Source of the DNA: an uncultured virus (IMG/VR IMGVR_UViG_3300027833_000020)
Lineage: Duplodnaviria; Heunggongvirae; Uroviricota; Caudoviricetes
Length of the DNA stretch: 64,000 bases
IMG/VR virus record: IMGVR_UViG_3300027833_000020
Direction: 5' to 3' (one strand)
Positions 38,241-49,100 of this stretch are shown here, in pieces. Both the position numbers and the translations under genes were made by a program. Within the stretch, counting starts at the first letter, position 1. Every line of letters starts with the position of its first letter. The notes beneath the pieces were generated by a model that was not told where the DNA came from, made no database searches, and saw only the letters and a program-made list of their open reading frames with translations.

Positions 38241-39267
38241 GATGCATGTACTCCTTTAAAGCAACACAGCCTTTAATCTTTCTTGATCTCATATACATAT
38301 GAACATTACGCTCGGCACAACTCATTAAGAATTCACACGTATTACAATCGTCAGTAGTTTTTGCGTACTCTAAATTTTCATGTAGTGTAGGTTCATCTAT
38401 TTTTGATTCAAACTCTGGTGTTCTTTGTATAATAGCATCGTATAAAAATGGATTAACATATATCTTTCCATTATAAAAACTATAGTTCTGACAACCATAT
38501 CCATTAAAACTAGAATCAAAGAATGTATACAAGTTACGCCATTTAGAATCTATATTTTGATTTAATAGATCTTCTCTAAACATTTTTAAATGCTTATCAA
38601 CCTTGCCTCTTACATTTCTATCTGTAAGGAACGACGGAGTAATTACAATCGGTGCATTAAAGTCATCGAATACTTTTTGACATAAATCGTTATAAGATAT
38701 TTTATCAAAGATTCCTTCATACCAATTCACTCTTAATTGAACTGAACCTTCTTCAAACAGTGCAAGCTTTTTGTACCAATCGATCATACGAATATCTTTA
38801 TTAATATATTGATTAATATCTAAAACAATTTTAAAATCGATATCAGGTGTTCTATCAATACCTTCGTATAAGCTCCAGATCTTTTCGAGCTTTTCTTTTA
38901 TTACTTCAATAGGTTGATTAAGTGTTGTGAGAAACCCAATGGCAGATATACCATATAAGTCTTTCATAGCAGGATGTTCCATGATCTCGTCAAAGTTCTC
39001 TGCATCAAATATGTCAGTAGGACCCACGACAATTTCATCCGGATAATAACTACTTTCAAGCAGTGTATTATAGAGTGTAGTTAAATGATCTGAATTTGTA
39101 AGGTTCTTACGGGGAATAAAACAGCCAGGACACATCTGACTACATCCATGAAGTATGTCTAAATTAATTTCTGTTCTAAGGAAATCATTATTAATTGGAC
39201 TTTTATTTTCTTCATAGTTGTAATAGCCAGCATGAGTTTTATTCAGATGGACTATCATCGCCTTCAT
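38227..39267 (-). CDS. divergent radical SAM protein (8), GPTD type
   Basis: DILHGCSQMCPGCFI, VGPTDIF; CNTC.....C...C; start may be 39258. Confidence 0.85.
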   Translation of the reverse strand: MKAMIVHLNKTHAGYYNYEENKSPINNDFLRTEINLDILHGCSQMCPGCFIPRKNLTNSDHLTTLYNTLLESSYYPDEIVVGPTDIFDAENFDEIMEHPAMKDLYGISAIGFLTTLNQPIEVIKEKLEKIWSLYEGIDRTPDIDFKIVLDINQYINKDIRMIDWYKKLALFEEGSVQLRVNWYEGIFDKISYNDLCQKVFDDFNAPIVITPSFLTDRNVRGKVDKHLKMFREDLLNQNIDSKWRNLYTFFDSSFNGYGCQNYSFYNGKIYVNPFLYDAIIQRTPEFESKIDEPTLHENLEYAKTTDDCNTCEFLMSCAERNVHMYMRSRKIKGCVALKEYMHHANN

Positions 39268-40069
39268 CTACCGCCTTATCTGCTACAACCTCTTCTACAA
39301 TCTGCTCTGGAGTTTTCTCTACCATTTTCTCGTGGCTAATAATAAATCCTGGAGGCATAATATTTAGAATGTTATTAGTAATATTAGATTGTGTGAAAAG
39401 AAAGAATAAATCTTTTCCAAAGAACGCTGGCTTGTCATTATAGACTTGCTTATTGTATTCTTGTTTAAATCCTATCATGTGGCATACAAGTAAAAATCCA
39501 TCCCAGCCATCGATAATTAGTTTAGCGATATTAGGACCAATATTAGATGGTACGTCAATTACTTTTATTTCTTCCACAGCCTCGGCTACTTCTACTTCTA
39601 ACATTTTTGTTTCGTCAGGTAGATTATTATAGAATGTACATAGTACAAAAGGAATTACTTGAGCAATTGTATCTGCTAATTCGTTTACCAATTTAGTATG
39701 TTTATCAATAAAGTTAAACATCTCTTCTTTTGGCCACATATTAAAAAGCTCTTCTTCCAGATGATTTATATCATGTCCGAATCTTAACTTTAATAACATT
39801 ACAACAAATCTTGTTAACAATCCAGCATCAATCATAAAGTCTGATTTAATGTAAGCTAACATCAGCTCTTCATCGACGTGAGAAAATGTTGTTTTAAAAT
39901 TAGTATTGGCTAAGTAAATAACAATATGCTCAGCCGAAAGCTTTTCTTTAGACTCTAGGTAATTTACCCACAATACGTAATCATCTTCTGCTTCCTTAAG
40001 CTTGTAAATCTCTACAAGATCTTGCGGAGCAAGTGGAAGTTTATATGCTTTTTTTTCATTGTCACTCAT
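39239..40069 (-). CDS. hypothetical protein in the radical SAM operon
   Basis: 276 aa, helical and acidic, overlaps the downstream gene. Confidence 0.75.
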   Translation of the reverse strand: MSDNEKKAYKLPLAPQDLVEIYKLKEAEDDYVLWVNYLESKEKLSAEHIVIYLANTNFKTTFSHVDEELMLAYIKSDFMIDAGLLTRFVVMLLKLRFGHDINHLEEELFNMWPKEEMFNFIDKHTKLVNELADTIAQVIPFVLCTFYNNLPDETKMLEVEVAEAVEEIKVIDVPSNIGPNIAKLIIDGWDGFLLVCHMIGFKQEYNKQVYNDKPAFFGKDLFFLFTQSNITNNILNIMPPGFIISHEKMVEKTPEQIVEEVVADKAVDEGDDSPSE

Positions 40070-40086
40070 ATTATAAGTACCTTCAA

Positions 40087-41193
40087 TTATATTAATGGAT
40101 ATTTGTGGATAAGGTAAGGAATTCTGTTTTGTCTCTTAGAGAAAAACTGTACATCTGTATTAATTAATCTTAAATCATCTGTAATAGTTTCACTACTAAA
40201 GTTTCTTTCCAATACCTTTTGAACAATTGGAAACACGTTATTGATCTCTGTATAAAGATCCATGTATTCCCAACCATCCGGCTGTGACGCTTTATCTGTA
40301 TGCACCTGAATAAACGCTGCGTTATCTTTAACTTTATCCCACAACTCTTTAAGTTTATAGAATGCTAACTGATAGTTACCTGCATTTGCTGCATTAACAT
40401 ATACATCTCTGAAGAACTCTTTTTTGTTAGTAGCCCAACCATTTGCTTCAGTAGCGTTTGCATTCATATAATCAATTACTGACATGATATATGCTGAATA
40501 GTGGCGACGTGAAGTAAAGTGTTCCATAACATCTTGAGCCATAACAGAAGAATGAATTGTGAATTTTTCTACGAGTAGATTTGATACACCTGTGCAAGGG
40601 TAGTTATCATTTAAGTAGAATAATAAATCGTAACTAAAGTTCTTACCATTTTGATATACTAAATCAAATCTTGGTGTTTCAGCATTTGCTAATGTGGCAG
40701 CACATGTTGTGCCTGCGTTTGTCATAACTTCGGAGTCACTCATTAAAGTAATTATACTATCAGTTTCTATAACAGCTTGAATAAAGTTACAAGTAATTAC
40801 GTCAATATCAACAGCAGGGTCAGCATCTGCATAAAATCCAGAAGCTAACAACAGGCCAGAGATATAACGACAATATACACTAAGCATATCTGTTTCGTCA
40901 TAAAAAGCAATGATTCTTTTATCACTGTTTTGTATATAAGTTGAATTGGCAATATCATCAAAATATTCAAAAGATATTAAGTCTGTAACGCCAGTTCTTA
41001 CAGCTTCTGCTAATAGAATAATTTGGCCTTCAATAAGCTGAGCACCTTCTTCTCGGTTTGGATGCACAACTACAATAGGTCTTGGCTCTTGTGTATGGTA
41101 AAACGAATTTAATTCGCCTACTATTGTTTCAATATTTTGAGTATTTGTAATATACTTTTTGTTATTTAGATAATATAAACTTTGCCCGATCAT
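40087..41193 (-). CDS. hypothetical protein in the radical SAM operon
   Basis: 368 aa; ATGA-coupled to radical SAM (9). Confidence 0.75.
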   Translation of the reverse strand: MIGQSLYYLNNKKYITNTQNIETIVGELNSFYHTQEPRPIVVVHPNREEGAQLIEGQIILLAEAVRTGVTDLISFEYFDDIANSTYIQNSDKRIIAFYDETDMLSVYCRYISGLLLASGFYADADPAVDIDVITCNFIQAVIETDSIITLMSDSEVMTNAGTTCAATLANAETPRFDLVYQNGKNFSYDLLFYLNDNYPCTGVSNLLVEKFTIHSSVMAQDVMEHFTSRRHYSAYIMSVIDYMNANATEANGWATNKKEFFRDVYVNAANAGNYQLAFYKLKELWDKVKDNAAFIQVHTDKASQPDGWEYMDLYTEINNVFPIVQKVLERNFSSETITDDLRLINTDVQFFSKRQNRIPYLIHKYPLI

Positions 41194-42365
41194 GAAGCTT
41201 CTCCTAATTTTTTAGTTGCATCATCATTCCAGGTCCAATCATATGGATTATAATGATTTAATACATCTTTGTTCAATACACAACCATCAATTTTTAATGT
41301 TTCTTGAGCTTCGAATACCAGTCTGCTTGCACAAGCAATTTTGTATTGGCAGGTTGAACAATCTTTTACCTTACTCGACCTATTTATACCTTTAGCAATA
41401 AGTTGGTTTTTTCTATCAAGGATTTCCTCGAATGTTAAACCAGTAACATCTAGATTCTTATTCTTTAAGAAGAATGCTTGCTCATGCAACATAACATTTA
41501 GGTGTGTAGTTGGACCATTTTCGCCTGGAACGATAGTGATACCAACAAAGTTAATAGAATTACAATATAGGTGAGCCATCGACATTACTGTTTCGTTAGC
41601 ATTGCCTTCGTCAATTACTCTTCCCAAGAATTCGTTCCAACCAAATAGGTTTTTACGCTGAACTAATTCATTGTGTGCTCTTGAGAATGCAGGATTCATT
41701 TCAACAATAGTTTCATAATCCTGTACTGAGCGTTTAATAATTTTATTATATGTTTCTTTATCTATTGATTTACCAACAACATTAGATGCTTGTAATGTCC
41801 AAGACCAATCCATTTGTTTTGGTGTGTTCTCTTTAAAGAACTTTACTTTTCTCATTACTTCTTCGTAATAAAGAATGTCGTTTAACATCTGATCTACTCT
41901 ACCAATTGGCATAATAAATTCAATAATCATTTCACGACGGAATTTATCTTCGTCATCAAGGATATTAAATATCTCTTGTACTCTTTCCATTGTTGCTACA
42001 TCGAATTTTGCAGGTGCAGCAATACGCGCATTAGTATGTTCGCGCATAATTTCTTGTACAGTTTTGTTGTTTAAAACCGATTCGGTATTTTTAGCAGTAA
42101 AGAAGTCAGTTGGCCCAATAACAAATTCTCTAAGATTAAGACCTGTTCTTAAAACACCATCTGTTAATTCTTTTGCTCTATCAATAATTTGTTGATTCAT
42201 AGCAGGATCAATATTCTTATCAACGAAACAACCTAGACAAGCTTGTTCACATCCTGATAATACTTCCATTTGAATTAACACATCAAATTTAGTTGCATCA
42301 CCTGGCGATAAACTTTCTGGGCCTGAATACCGCATTTGTTTACAGTATGATTTTTGCATTGACAT
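41190..42365 (-). CDS. divergent radical SAM protein (9), GPTD type
   Basis: EVLSGCEQACLGCFV, IGPTDFF; CSTC.....C...C; TAATG-coupled to the upstream small protein. Confidence 0.85.
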   Translation of the reverse strand: MSMQKSYCKQMRYSGPESLSPGDATKFDVLIQMEVLSGCEQACLGCFVDKNIDPAMNQQIIDRAKELTDGVLRTGLNLREFVIGPTDFFTAKNTESVLNNKTVQEIMREHTNARIAAPAKFDVATMERVQEIFNILDDEDKFRREMIIEFIMPIGRVDQMLNDILYYEEVMRKVKFFKENTPKQMDWSWTLQASNVVGKSIDKETYNKIIKRSVQDYETIVEMNPAFSRAHNELVQRKNLFGWNEFLGRVIDEGNANETVMSMAHLYCNSINFVGITIVPGENGPTTHLNVMLHEQAFFLKNKNLDVTGLTFEEILDRKNQLIAKGINRSSKVKDCSTCQYKIACASRLVFEAQETLKIDGCVLNKDVLNHYNPYDWTWNDDATKKLGEAS

Positions 42366-42748
42366 TAGCGTCGTCCTCTCGATGAATGGCAGCTACTATG
42401 GCAGCTGGCGTGACAGTAATAAGCATTGATTGTTCTGTTTGACAACCTACCTTCTATCACGTCTACTGTTCTTCTTGTTAAATCTTCTAATGTATCTACA
42501 ATATCAATTGGATACATAACATTACCTGTATTAATTGTGCCATCTACATAGTTATTATATGTATTGTTATTCGCATTAACATATTCAAACCTGTGATAAT
42601 ACCATTGTCCTCTAGAATAACTGGTTTGTCCGGCGTCAGCTCGTACATACGCGTTTACATAAATTCCTACAGTCTTATCAAATGTACGGAGTTGTCCGCC
42701 GCCATAAGATTGAACCCACGAGTTCACATCTGCTCTTGTCATAACCAT
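42365..42748 (-). CDS. candidate radical-SAM substrate / fibre-tip protein B with (CHxS)3 C-terminus
   Basis: 127 aa ending SNRTINAYYCHASCHSSCHSSRGRR. Confidence 0.75.
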   Translation of the reverse strand: MVMTRADVNSWVQSYGGGQLRTFDKTVGIYVNAYVRADAGQTSYSRGQWYYHRFEYVNANNNTYNNYVDGTINTGNVMYPIDIVDTLEDLTRRTVDVIEGRLSNRTINAYYCHASCHSSCHSSRGRR

Positions 42749-43125
42749 TAGCGTCTACCTCTTGATGAGTGACATGATGAGTGACAACTAGCGTGACAGT
42801 AATAAGCGTTGATAGTTCTGTTTGAAATTCTACCTTCTATCAAGTCTACTGTTCTTCTAACAATACTTGAGATAGAATTCTGTACATCACTAGATCTAAT
42901 AAGCTGGCCCGTGTAAAGACTACTATCTAGATAATTGCTGTATACACTATTTGAAGCATTTACATATTCATATCGCGTATAATGCCACTGGCCACGTGAG
43001 TAACTTGCAACCCCCGTACCACGAACATAACTGTTGATATAGTAGCCAACTGTTTTATCAAAAGTACGGAGCTGTCTACCACAATATGATTGTGTACTTG
43101 AATTTAATGATGCATATGTTGCCAT
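42748..43125 (-). CDS. candidate radical-SAM substrate / fibre-tip protein A with (CHxS)3 C-terminus
   Basis: 125 aa, paralog of B with identical last 25 aa; ATG 1 nt after the tail fibre stop. Confidence 0.75.
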   Translation of the reverse strand: MATYASLNSSTQSYCGRQLRTFDKTVGYYINSYVRGTGVASYSRGQWHYTRYEYVNASNSVYSNYLDSSLYTGQLIRSSDVQNSISSIVRRTVDLIEGRISNRTINAYYCHASCHSSCHSSRGRR

Positions 43126-43126
43126 A

Positions 43127-46100
43127 TTATACTTTCACCTCTACTTCTCCATTTTCAGAATCGCTAAGCGCAATTCCTATAATCTCATAACTATTTATAC
43201 CACTTGTACCGTAGTCCACACCTTTAGCTTTTCCGTCGACATCTGGGATAACCCATTGGCCTTTCTTAACCGGTTGACTTACTAGACATGGAATACGTCC
43301 TTTAAGAGCAATAAATGGGTTCATTTTAGCTTTCGTAGAAGTACTTCCTGGCTCAATACCCATATCGTTCATTTGAACAGCTGGGTTAGTAGAGATAACA
43401 CCTAATAAAGGCATTCCTGGCTGCCATAAAGTAGCTTCAGAATCACCGTCAAGGTTAACACCGAGAACAGTTGCATTCTCATAGATTGCATCAGCAGTAT
43501 ATCTTTCCGCCAAATCCGCCCATCTTGCTGACGTTGCTGTACCGACATATAGACCGTTGTTATCAACATAAGATCTATCTGAACCATTTCTTCTGAACTG
43601 ACAAATACGGTTTGAGTTACCACCTGCTTCGATATAGAAACGGTTTGAGTGATATTCAATTTTACCAGCATCGTTACCAATGTTACCAGTCCAAGATTCG
43701 TTACCAGATTCAATGAATCTTAGAGATGGTGAGTAACCATCTTGGTGACGTGTTTGGAACTGCCATTGACCAGCAGCGTTAAGATCACCAGACCAAGTTC
43801 TGTCACCATACATCCAACGACACATTGTACCGTTATACGCTGCTCTAAGTTGTAGAGACATAGATGAACCGTTATTGTTACCAGTGATAGCCCAATACTG
43901 ACCTTGGTATGAATACGAATGCGAACCAGTTGCTGTGTTGTACATACCTTCTCGAGCATTATCATTACGGAACCAATTACGAGCATAAATCTCAGTAGCG
44001 CGTAAATCACCATTAAGGTTAGTACCTGATGATGGATCACAATAGAAACCAGTGTTATTAGAATCAATAAAGCTACTAGCGTATATTGCAGCACCGTTAC
44101 CGTTGTTAACACCTAGTACTGGAATTGTTCTCCAAGCTCTGAATCCACCCCAAGTAGAACGGAATCGTAAGTTCTCAATTGGTCCACCAACCATCTGCCA
44201 ACCGTAACGGCTTGAGCCATTTGAATAGTGATATGATTGAACACCAACCCAGTGAGACGTACCCGATGGTTGGTTGGCTGGATTAGACCACGAATCGATG
44301 AAACCAGAACCCCAGTTAGCAACCGAGCCGGTCATGTCCTGAGTTCCCCAACCCATTGCACCAGTCCAATAGTTAGTATCACTAGTAATACGTGGTCTTG
44401 CCATATAGTATTCAGCAGACGATCTAGTCTGACCTGATAGTGCCATATGCGCTTTAGTACGAGAACTTACACCTTCAAATCGTGTTGAGTTAATCGATGC
44501 ACCGTCGAAGTAATAACCAGTGTTATTAGTATCGTAAAAGATTGGAGCACGGTGGCTATTTGTAGATGTGCTAATACCGTTTGTCCACATTCCAGAACCA
44601 GCAGCAAACGTAGTACTACCGTTTTGCATTAATAGAAGCTGGTGGTTTAATCCAGTTTTAGACTGAATGTTATTGCTTGCGCCACCATAACCTGGATTAT
44701 AAGACCAAGCTAAACCATATAAGTTACCAGCTGCACCAGAAGTATCTGAACCATTTGCAGGTAAGTTATAAGAAGTACCCATTGACCAAACGTGCTGGTA
44801 ACGAGATGCACTATAAACACCGTAAACACCGTGACCGTAATTAGTTGCAACCCAAGCTTTTTGAGTAGCCATTTTAGATTCAGCGTTAATGTTAACAGTA
44901 TATAAGTTAGAAGTACCGTTAGGATTTATATAGTAACCAGAGTTATTTCTATCATACATGACAGGCGCGTAGAAGTTATGGTGTGAATCTACTTTAGAGT
45001 TAGTAGTTTGTAACGCCCAACCATCATCTTGCGATAGAATACCTACTTCATTACTATTATTTGCATAGAATGCGCCACGTCTGTTATTACCAGAAGTGTG
45101 CATATCAATTCTAGAAGTATTTGAAGTTGAATAAGCTCTCCAAGCATTATTTGCAGTTGAGTACCAATGCATTGCAGTAGCAGTGTTATATAGACCACGA
45201 CTGCTTGTATCGTTACGGAACCAACCATCGTTATATACTTCACCTCTAATGTCAAGTGAATTCATTATAGAGGTAGATGCAAAGTCACCATAATAAGTAG
45301 TGCTATTTGAATCGTAATAACGAGGAGCTCTTACATCACCTTGGAAGTAACCAATCTGTGCTCGCATACTTTCATAGCCAGTACCAGGATTGTTTCTAAT
45401 CTGGATCTCACCATTTGTTTGAAGCATAATCTGCGATGCAACTCGTCCACCCCAGTGGAAACCAATTCTTGGTGCTGTTTGCTCATTAGCTGCACCAGTC
45501 CCCGCATAATTAAGTTCTCTAACTTCAAGAGCAGCATAGTCATATCTTGCATTAGCATCAACTGCAGCAACTTTAAGATGCTTGATTCTAGAGTTACTAT
45601 TTGGATCTAATCTATATGTAGTATCGTCAGAATCATAAAAGATACTCGCGTAGAAAGAAGAATTAGCTCCACCGCCTGGATTAGCGTTGTATATTGCAAG
45701 ATCAGAATATGCTGAATACGCAGTACCAGAGTTCCAAGACTGTTGATATAGACGCATTCCACGTCCACCAGTTTTCTTGAACATAAGAAGGTTATCTGAT
45801 CCACCAGAAGCATCTGTGTAAGATCTAAGGTGCAAGTAATCAGCGTATGGTGATGAGTTGTTATTGTTCCAAGATGTGAAACCGAACTTTAACTGTCCAG
45901 ACGTATCATCATTTGGTTCAATGCTTCTGTTATCTCTTGATGTTAATGAACCGGAATAACCAGTAACACCTGGTGTGTTAATTACACCAAGTGTTGTTAA
46001 ATCACGGAATCTTGAAGTTCCATTTGGATTTGCATAGAATCCAGTATCATTTGAGTCATAGTAGATTGGAGCACGCATTTGGTTATTTGCTTCGAAGTAA

Positions 46101-49100
46101 CCATTTTGAGTACGAGCTTGTTGACCACCGTTATAATAAAGAATGGTACGAGCATTACGCTCCATATAGATTGACCATTCATTTTCAATACCAGTTCTGA
46201 AACCCCAATGAGAATCATCATCAAAGTAAATTCTACCACATGCTGTACTGTTACTATCACGGAAAATAATTTCGCCATTATCAGAGTTGTTAGAACGAAT
46301 ACTTAAAGTGTTACTATCGTCGTCGTAAATATCCCAACCATCATTAAGGCTGTACGTATTAGCATTAATAACGTTCATTCTAGATGTAGAAGCGAAGTTA
46401 CCGTAGTAAGTAGTATCATTTGAATCGTAGAAGATAGGAGATCTGGAACTTGCGTTAGCATAACTGATACCAGAAACTGTAATGTTACCAGACATCGCCC
46501 AGTTACCAGAAGAATCTGTCCAGTTAGTATCAGTTACAAATCTTAATCTATCAGGGTTTGTACCTTCAGACATTCTAATCATTTGACGACCACCAGCAAC
46601 AAGCTGCATGTCATCAGCGGCTGGGAATCTTAGGTAAGTATCAGTATCGCCGTTGTGTCTAAAGTAATCATTAACACGTACTTCGTTAAGTATAGATGTT
46701 GACGCTGGGTCTAAGTAATAAGCAACATTATCTTTATCACGGAATCTTGTAGCATCCATATAACGACCAGCAATAGCATCGCCTGATGTGTTAAGTGTTA
46801 ATCTTCTTGTACCAGCACCAGTGCCGGAAGTAAATTGTAAATTACCACCTGCATTTGTTTGGTTATCTGGTGATTCATAAATCTGCCACGAGTTGCCATT
46901 ATTCCATTTAATACCTTCGCTTGCGCCTGGATCATTAAACGTTAGGTTATTTAGATTCGTAATAGAACCGTTAGTCCAATCCCAAGTACCAACAACTTTA
47001 CCACCAGAAGCTGGGTTCATAAAGTATGCAGTATTATCGCGATCACGGAAGTTGCTTGCATCAACTACATTTAATTTAGATGTTGAAGCTGGATCTAAAT
47101 AGTAGTTTGCGTCATTTGAATCATAATAGATTGGTGAGAAAACTGCTTCATCTGTACGTATTCTTGAAGGAACTTTTGTTCGCATTAAGATAGGTGGAGT
47201 AAACTCACGAAGAGCTCCACCTGTGCTGTAGTTCATTAGAACACGCATTCTTACATATCTACATGCTTGCCCGTCTGAACCGCTATAAGCAGTATGTGTT
47301 GTTGGTATAGTACTGTAACCTGAGAATTTCTGCCAAGAAGTACTTGTTACGTTATTACCGCCACCAACAAAATATGTTGTACCAGTATTACCAGCGATTG
47401 GTTTCTTGTCTTTATCAAATCTTTCAATACCGTAATAGAATAATCCACCAGATCCTGAAATTCTTTTAACATACATTTCACCGTAAACTTCTTCGCCAGG
47501 TTCTACTTCAATCATATCTGAATAGAAGTTACGATAAGCTGCAGTTCTTAATACGTATGATGATGGAGCTGGAGAATCAGTAGATTTAACATATTCTCCT
47601 GTAGTACCGGTAGGAGCAATTTCGTTACCTTGCAACGCTTGGATTGCTCTCTTTTCCCAGTACTTAGCACCATCGAATAATTTAAGTTCTGTTTTACCAA
47701 CACCGTATGCGGGGTTTAACGATATGTTTTCGTTACCAGCATTCAGGTTATAGTTTGATGCAGCCATCTCACCAGTAATAAGCATATTACCAGCTTCGTC
47801 TAAGTTTAACTTATCGCCTAATCCATTGAAGTGTATAATGAATGCGTCTTTAGAACCAGTTTGGTTAAAGTTATAATTATCATGTACCAACCAAGGGTAG
47901 TTAGCACCAGCACCACTGTTTCTTAGGCCAGTTAAATATCTTTGAGCAGAATAGACTTCTAAAGGATATGTTGAATTATTATTAATAGGTCCATTGCCGG
48001 CTTTAACAGATTTTAATCTAGATTGTCCAGCCATCTCAGCATAGAAATTAGTATTATCTGAATCATAGAAAATCTTAGAACGCATGCTTACTGGAGCATA
48101 ACCATATCCATTCTCTGCACCAATCTGATGTACACCGTTTGAATATAATCTTGTAAAGTTATTATCTTGTGCGTAAAGCGACCATTCATTACGGGTATCG
48201 TTGTAAAGACCCATATTAGTAGCGCCGTTAGACATGAAGACCCAATCATCTCTGATTGCATAACCTGCCCAACCACCAGTATCACCTTCAACTTTAATTG
48301 TGCCGTAGTTACCAGATGGTGAATCAATATATCTTCCAGATACATCCATTTGGTATTGATTAGCTCTTACAACATTCATTATAGATGTTGAAGCAAAATC
48401 ACCGTAGTAAGCAGTGTTATTTGAATCATAGAATCTTGGTGCTCTAAAGTCACCACGAGCTTCTACATATCCACCACTTCTAGGACCACGCATTGCCCAA
48501 TTGCCGTTGACACTGTTATCATGTCCAATTAGTCCCCAAGTACCATTTGATAAACCGTTTAGAGTTACTGGCTGACCACTAGCACTAGTTACTTGAGTGG
48601 ATCCACCTTGATATGCAAGTGACATACCATATCGATCCATTGCAGCAGTTGTTGAATTATGTTCTGCGAAGAATATGCGAGCTGAACCTTCACCACTAGA
48701 ATCGGCATTACCTTCGATAGATAAGTAACGACCTTTTACTCCGTTAGTACCTGGAGCACCAAAAGTAATTCCATTCATTCGTGATGTGCTAGCAGGATCT
48801 GTATAATAGAAACTATCGTTGCTGTCGTAATAACGTGGTGCGTAAACATTAACACTAAAGTCTGCTGAGTTAGCATCTACATTAAAACGTTCTGTGCCAT
48901 TTGTAAATAGTTTAAAGTTATTGTTACCTGCAAAGCCAAAGTAAGCATCTACATTACCGTTATGTCTAATCCAATCATCAATGTTAATATCATTCATTAC
49001 TGACGTGCCAGCAAAGTCACCGTAGTAAGTAGGTGTATTAGAATCGTAATAAGCTGGTGCATAAACATTTTGTGCAAAGTTAGCAGAATCGTTATCGATG

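Noticed and set aside
29722..42365. Radical SAMs as a DNA hypermodification or queuosine/7-deazaguanine (QueE) pathway
   Set aside because: No FolE, QueC, QueD, DpdA or nucleotide-kinase genes are nearby. The enzymes have C-terminal auxiliary Cys clusters and sit in the virion module.
42368..42825. CHASCH / CHSSCH as c-type heme-binding motifs
   Set aside because: The spacing is Cx3CH with shared, overlapping cysteines rather than CxxCH, and there is no signal peptide for periplasmic heme attachment. Unlikely, though not formally excluded.
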